A DNA stretch of 11,977 nt. It comes from Arcobacter sp. Lineage in GTDB: Bacteria; Campylobacterota; Campylobacteria; Campylobacterales; Arcobacteraceae. Position numbers and translations under genes: made by a program. A model generated the notes under the pieces. That model did not search any database, was not told the origin of the DNA, and saw only the letters and a list, made by a program, of their open reading frames with translations. The stretch lies in assembly GCA_965662175.1 (NCBI GenBank), contig CBFIGT010000067.1:1-11977 (forward strand), in the 5' to 3' direction. Below are positions 8,003 through 11,977 of this stretch, one piece after another (position 1 is the stretch's first letter; each line of letters begins with the position of its first letter).

Positions 8003-8044
8003 ATTATAATATTTAAGCATAAAAAAAGAGTTGATCTAAAACAA
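8003..8044 (-). promoter_or_regulatory. Distal tpx promoter: Crp/Fnr-type box TTGTT-TTAG-ATCAA (8044-8031) plus -10 TATAAT (8008-8003)
   Basis: 9/10 match to TTGAT-N4-ATCAA, with the same 22-nt spacing to TATAAT as at nnrS (centre about -41.5). Confidence 0.7.
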
Positions 8045-8045
8045 G

Positions 8046-8885
8046 TTATTTTATGTTTATAGAGTTTTCCTCTAATAAAATTTTTTCTTCATCTATAAGT
8101 TTTGTAAGTGCTGCTTTAAATGCTTTTTTACTTATTCCAAACATATTTTTTATCTCTTCGGCATCACTTTTATAGGTAAAATTTAGCTTTCCAGAGTTAT
8201 CTTTTAATATTGATAAAACTTTTTCACTATTATCATCACCTTTTTTTTGTCCAATTTTTTGTAAAGATAAATCTAATTTACCATCTTCTCTAACATTTTT
8301 GACATAAGCTTTTTTTACATCACCAATATTAATATTTTCGAAAATCTCGGTATGAAAAATCATTCCATCATATAAGTTATTTACAATTACTTTATATCCA
8401 AGGGGAGTTTTTGAGTAAAGTAAGATTTTAACCTCATCATTCTTTACTAAATTATTTATATCTTTACTAAAAAATTGTGAAAACTTTTCTGTTCCAATTA
8501 ATCTTTGAGTTTTTTCATCTTCAATAACTCTTAGTACTTTTCTCCCACCTACATTAAAAGAGGAGCTTTGTCTGTTTTTAGGAACTAACAAATCTTTTGC
8601 AAGTCCAATATCAACAAATGCACCAAATTTTGCTGTATCAACTACTTCTAAACAAGCAAACTCATCTTTCATAGCATATGGTTTTAAAGTTGTTGCTATT
8701 AATCTATCTTCTGAATCTGTATAAATAAATACCTCAATTAAAGAACCTATTTGCATATCACTTTTAATATATACATTTGGTAATAAAACTGATTCTTCAT
8801 CCAAGGCTTCTAAATAAAAACCCTGCTCTGCTGTTCTTACTATTTTTAGAGTATTTATAACTCCTAATTTTATATGTTCATTCAA
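8046..8885 (-). CDS. CvfB/YitL family multi-S1-domain RNA-binding protein with C-terminal winged helix
   Basis: 279 aa, TTG start. VFIYTDSEDRLIATT, GAFVDIGLAKDLLVP, YVKNVREDGKLDLSL and SDAEEIKNMFGISKKAFKAAL are characteristic of this family. Confidence 0.92.
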   Translation of the reverse strand: MNEHIKLGVINTLKIVRTAEQGFYLEALDEESVLLPNVYIKSDMQIGSLIEVFIYTDSEDRLIATTLKPYAMKDEFACLEVVDTAKFGAFVDIGLAKDLLVPKNRQSSSFNVGGRKVLRVIEDEKTQRLIGTEKFSQFFSKDINNLVKNDEVKILLYSKTPLGYKVIVNNLYDGMIFHTEIFENINIGDVKKAYVKNVREDGKLDLSLQKIGQKKGDDNSEKVLSILKDNSGKLNFTYKSDAEEIKNMFGISKKAFKAALTKLIDEEKILLEENSINIK

Positions 8886-8918
8886 TGTGGTTATTCCGTT
8901 TCTTTTTTAATTTTTTGT

Positions 8919-8924
8919 ATTATA
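8919..8924 (-). promoter_or_regulatory. Putative -10 box (gaTATAAT) for the CvfB-family gene
   Basis: Minus strand aagaTATAATac in the 51-nt intergenic gap, 33 nt before the TTG start. Confidence 0.45.
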
Positions 8925-8936
8925 TCTTAATAGTTT

Positions 8937-9644
8937 CTATTTTAATAAAGCTTTTAAATTTAACCACATAATACCTATATATTCATGTAGTGCCATATTT
9001 GTTTTTTCTAGCTCTCTAACACTTAGAAATTTCTTTGAATCTAACTCTTTTACTGTAAAACCTGTTGGTGCAGGAATAGGATTTAAACCCTCACTTTTAA
9101 AGATTTTCATAGATCGAGGCATATGGGAAGCTGAAGTTACCAAAATAAAATCTTCACCTTTTACAATATTTTTTATACTTCTAGCCTCTTCAATTGTATC
9201 TCTTGGCTCTTCTTGCATAATAATATCATCACTACTAACCCCAAGTTTTATTAGTCTCTCTTTTGCTTCAAGTGCTTGAGTTTTACTCAAGTGTCCCTTA
9301 TATCCTGATGTTACTATTTTCAAACTATCAATAGTTTGATACAATTTTAAAACCTCATAAGCTCTTGCTTCAAAATCTCCACCTAATAATAAAACATATT
9401 TTATATCTTTTATATTATTAGTTTTTTCAATTTTTTCATATTTGCTCTCTAACTTATTAATTAACATATTAGAAAATCCAGAGTATGAAAATAAAAAACT
9501 ACAAACTAATGATAAAAATATAAAAAACTTAGCTTTTTTAAAACTATTAAAAACCAAAAATATAAATCCTAAAAGAAGTAATACAAAAATTAAACTATAA
9601 GGCTCCAAAAAAAATGATATAAATTTTTTTAAAATAAAATCCAT
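8937..9644 (-). CDS. ElyC/YdcF (DUF218) family envelope protein
   Basis: Two N-terminal TM helices, LESKY, LLLGG, RDTIEEA, LVTSASHMPRSM, IPAPT and LHEYIG motifs. Confidence 0.9.
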   Translation of the reverse strand: MDFILKKFISFFLEPYSLIFVLLLLGFIFLVFNSFKKAKFFIFLSLVCSFLFSYSGFSNMLINKLESKYEKIEKTNNIKDIKYVLLLGGDFEARAYEVLKLYQTIDSLKIVTSGYKGHLSKTQALEAKERLIKLGVSSDDIIMQEEPRDTIEEARSIKNIVKGEDFILVTSASHMPRSMKIFKSEGLNPIPAPTGFTVKELDSKKFLSVRELEKTNMALHEYIGIMWLNLKALLK

Positions 9645-10427
9645 CTACTCTCCCAATAAAAATGAACAATATCCAACAACACTTGATTTATCTTTTGTTC
9701 TTTCATAACTTGTTTTATAATCTAAAAATTTTATATTTAGATTTTTCTTCTTTGAGGCTTTTAATAAAGCCTTAACTCCAACTTTTCCACAAGCTTCACA
9801 ATTTTCTAAAGCTTTTTCATCTTGATTTTTAATTGCTAAAATAGTTTTTTCATCTAATATATTTGCCTCTTCTAATGAGTAAAAATGACTTAAATCTGTA
9901 CTTATTACTAGTAAATTATCTTTATCATTTAATAACTCTTCCAATAATAAACTCAAACTATTAAAATCTATTTTTCCATATATTATCTCTACAACTTTAG
10001 TATTAAAATAGTTTTTTATAAATGGCATTTGTGTCTCTGTAGAGTGCTCCATATGGGCATTTTCATCAAAACTTAAGCATGAATATTTGTTTAATAACTC
10101 TTTTGAAAAGTCTAAATCCATATCAATATCTCCAAAAGGAGTCTCATAACTATCAAATAAAGCGATTGATGCACCATTTAAATAGTAGCTATGTGATGGA
10201 CCTATTACAATAACTCTTTTATAATCATATTTTTCACATAAAGCATAAGCTTCATTGGCTACATTTCCACTATAGATATAACCAGCATGGGGTGAGATTA
10301 TGGCCCTTGGAATAAAATCAATACTTTTATTTAATCTATTTTGATTAAAAAATTGAAAATATTTTTCAAGTTCATCTTTTTTATCTGGATAAAAACTTCC
10401 AGAATAATTCATTTTGTTTTTACTCAT
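9645..10427 (-). CDS. amrB: AmmeMemoRadiSam system protein B (MEMO1 family)
   Basis: GSFYP, ISPHAGYIYSG, IGPSH, ETPFG, EHSTETQMPF, ISTDLSHF, ACG and VVGY motifs. Its ATG overlaps the amrA stop (TAATG). Confidence 0.93.
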   Translation of the reverse strand: MSKNKMNYSGSFYPDKKDELEKYFQFFNQNRLNKSIDFIPRAIISPHAGYIYSGNVANEAYALCEKYDYKRVIVIGPSHSYYLNGASIALFDSYETPFGDIDMDLDFSKELLNKYSCLSFDENAHMEHSTETQMPFIKNYFNTKVVEIIYGKIDFNSLSLLLEELLNDKDNLLVISTDLSHFYSLEEANILDEKTILAIKNQDEKALENCEACGKVGVKALLKASKKKNLNIKFLDYKTSYERTKDKSSVVGYCSFLLGE

Positions 10428-10972
10428 TAAGAAGTTTTTTCAACTTGATAAGTATAAATCTCAGGAAAATAATTAAGTGTATCAAACTCTAATCCAGCTT
10501 TTAAACATAAGTGTTCAAAAAACTCATCAAAACTTGGAAGCTCTTCCCAAACTTGGGGTAAAAATGTAGCTTGATTTTGCTCTTTTTTTAAAATTACACC
10601 ATCAATACCTGGTCTAATTTTCTCTCTCAACTCTTCAACTGAATCATAAATTACTATTTTTGGAACACTTAAGATTGAGACTTCAATTTTAATCTCTTCA
10701 AACTCTTGTTTTGAAAGTGGCTGAAACCTAAAATCCCTAAATGCAGCACATTGTGCATTGTGAATAACATCATCTATCAATTTCTTATTAGCTTGTAATG
10801 AACCCATACAACCTCTTAATCTTCCATCAATTTTTAGTGTTACAAAACAAGCACGAATATCATTTAAAAAGTTATAATTGGATTCTAACTCAACTATATC
10901 AATTAATGATTTATTTAAAAGTTCTTCTTCTATAGCCTTTTTTGCTATATCTAAAAGAATAGGATAAGACAT
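10427..10972 (-). CDS. amrA: AmmeMemoRadiSam system protein A (AMMECR1 family)
   Basis: CFVTL, LRGCMG (canonical LRGCIG), AAFRDFRF, IEVSILS, ATFLPQVW and LCLKAG. The ATG at 10972 (181 aa) is preferred over the track's GTG at 10978 because AAGGAG lies 5 nt upstream of the ATG and overlaps the GTG. Confidence 0.93.
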   Translation of the reverse strand: MSYPILLDIAKKAIEEELLNKSLIDIVELESNYNFLNDIRACFVTLKIDGRLRGCMGSLQANKKLIDDVIHNAQCAAFRDFRFQPLSKQEFEEIKIEVSILSVPKIVIYDSVEELREKIRPGIDGVILKKEQNQATFLPQVWEELPSFDEFFEHLCLKAGLEFDTLNYFPEIYTYQVEKTS

Positions 10973-10981
10973 ATTCACTCC

Positions 10982-11914
10982 TTATTTAATCAAATCTTTT
11001 ATTACTTCCACAAAACCTTCACTATAATTTACACAGGATACAACTCTATAATCGCTTATTCCCAAATCATCAGCAACTTCTTTATACTCAATATCTAATT
11101 CAAATTTTGTTTCTGAATTATCAATAATAAAAGCAATTGGATATATCAACACTTTTTTATTTTTTAACTCTTTTAATCTATCTTCAAGTGATGGAGTTAA
11201 CCATTTCATAGGTCCAACTTTTGATTGGTAAGCTAAAGAGATAGATTCAAAATTTATTCCTTTTTTCTCTAAAATATTTGATAAAATTTTTACATGTTCA
11301 TTTACTTGTTTTTCATAAGGGTCACCTGCATCAACTATTTTTTGAGGTAAACCATGGGCTGAAAAAATAAGATTATATGAAGAAAAATCCTCAACTGTAG
11401 CTAAAATATCTTTTACTATTTGATTATTAAACTTTTCATTTTTATAAAAATGCTCTATGGTTTTTATATTAAAACTATCTTTAGCAATTTCTAAAAAATC
11501 TTCTAAAGACGATTTTGTTGTTGTAGTTGAGTATTGTGCATATAAAGGGAGTAAAGTTACATCTTTAATACCCTTTTGTTTTATTTGTTCAACACATTTA
11601 GCAGCAAAAGGTGGAGTATAACGCATAACTTGAAAAACCTCATACTCTTCAAGTTCATCATTTAATTTATCAACTAATTTTTCTGTTAAATCATTTATAG
11701 GAGAGTTTCCACCTATTTGTTCATAATTTTCCCAAGCAGAGTTTTTTCTACTTAAAACAATAATTGAAGCAATAATTGACCTTAAAATATCACTTTTGAC
11801 AGTAATAATATTTTTATCATTAAACATATTTCTTAAAAACATTTCTAGCTCTTCTTTGTCCCTTGGACCACCCATATTTAAAAGAACTAAAGCTTTTGTT
11901 TTATTTTGTTTCAT
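10982..11914 (-). CDS. hemH: Ferrochelatase
   Basis: LLNMGGP, IGGNSP, MRYTPP, LPLYAQYSTTTT, FSAHGLP, GDPY, YQSKVGPMKWLTPS and DNSETKFELDIEY motifs. Confidence 0.97.
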   Translation of the reverse strand: MKQNKTKALVLLNMGGPRDKEELEMFLRNMFNDKNIITVKSDILRSIIASIIVLSRKNSAWENYEQIGGNSPINDLTEKLVDKLNDELEEYEVFQVMRYTPPFAAKCVEQIKQKGIKDVTLLPLYAQYSTTTTKSSLEDFLEIAKDSFNIKTIEHFYKNEKFNNQIVKDILATVEDFSSYNLIFSAHGLPQKIVDAGDPYEKQVNEHVKILSNILEKKGINFESISLAYQSKVGPMKWLTPSLEDRLKELKNKKVLIYPIAFIIDNSETKFELDIEYKEVADDLGISDYRVVSCVNYSEGFVEVIKDLIK

Positions 11915-11975
11915 TACTTTCCAATTTTATAATTTCATCACTGCACCAAGATGCAAGGCTTATATCATGAGTAAT
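11901..11975 (-). CDS. 3' end of an ABC transporter ATP-binding protein (partial)
   Basis: Hand translation gives ITHDISLASWCSDEIIKLESNETK*. ITHD followed by 'SDEII' is the ABC ATPase H-loop region. The stop at 11903-11901 overlaps the first 14 nt of hemH. Only 24 codons are visible. Confidence 0.7.
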   Translation of the reverse strand: MTHDISLASWCSDEIIKLESNETK

Positions 11976-11977
11976 TA

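Noticed and set aside
8241..8248. A/T homopolymers (e.g. T8 here) and short CT repeats as phase-variation tracts
   Set aside because: They are in-frame Lys/Glu/Arg codon runs typical of AT-rich genomes. No long poly-G/C tracts or frameshifted genes were seen.

Overview
Very AT-rich chromosomal window. The MCP tip motif [11 protein letters not shown], the Cys-rich Tpx tail and TATAAT promoters with AAGGA/AGGAG RBSs suggest Campylobacterota, probably Arcobacteraceae (inference). All real genes lie on the minus strand. In transcription order: 3' end of an ABC ATPase, hemH, amrA, amrB (no amrS in the window), an ElyC/DUF218 gene, a CvfB/YitL S1 gene, tpx, nnrS, msrP, msrQ, a 977-aa NIT/HAMP/MCP/CZB chemoreceptor, a stand-alone 2-TM Cache-like sensor protein, and the 5' part of a heme-c (CxxCH, DUF3365-like) histidine kinase. 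The kinase and the ABC fragment are missing from the ORF track. Main observations: (1) the tpx and nnrS upstream regions share an identical TTGTn-N4-ATCAA-N22-TATAAT layout, i.e. a Crp/Fnr box at about -41.5; (2) long inverted repeats could bury the nnrS and msrP RBSs in read-through mRNA; (3) the chemoreceptor's degenerate NIT domain appears split by an inserted domain; (4) an output-less sensor sits directly before a heme-c kinase; (5) amrAB is fused into a hemH operon without its radical SAM partner. No mobile elements, RNA genes or CRISPR arrays were seen.
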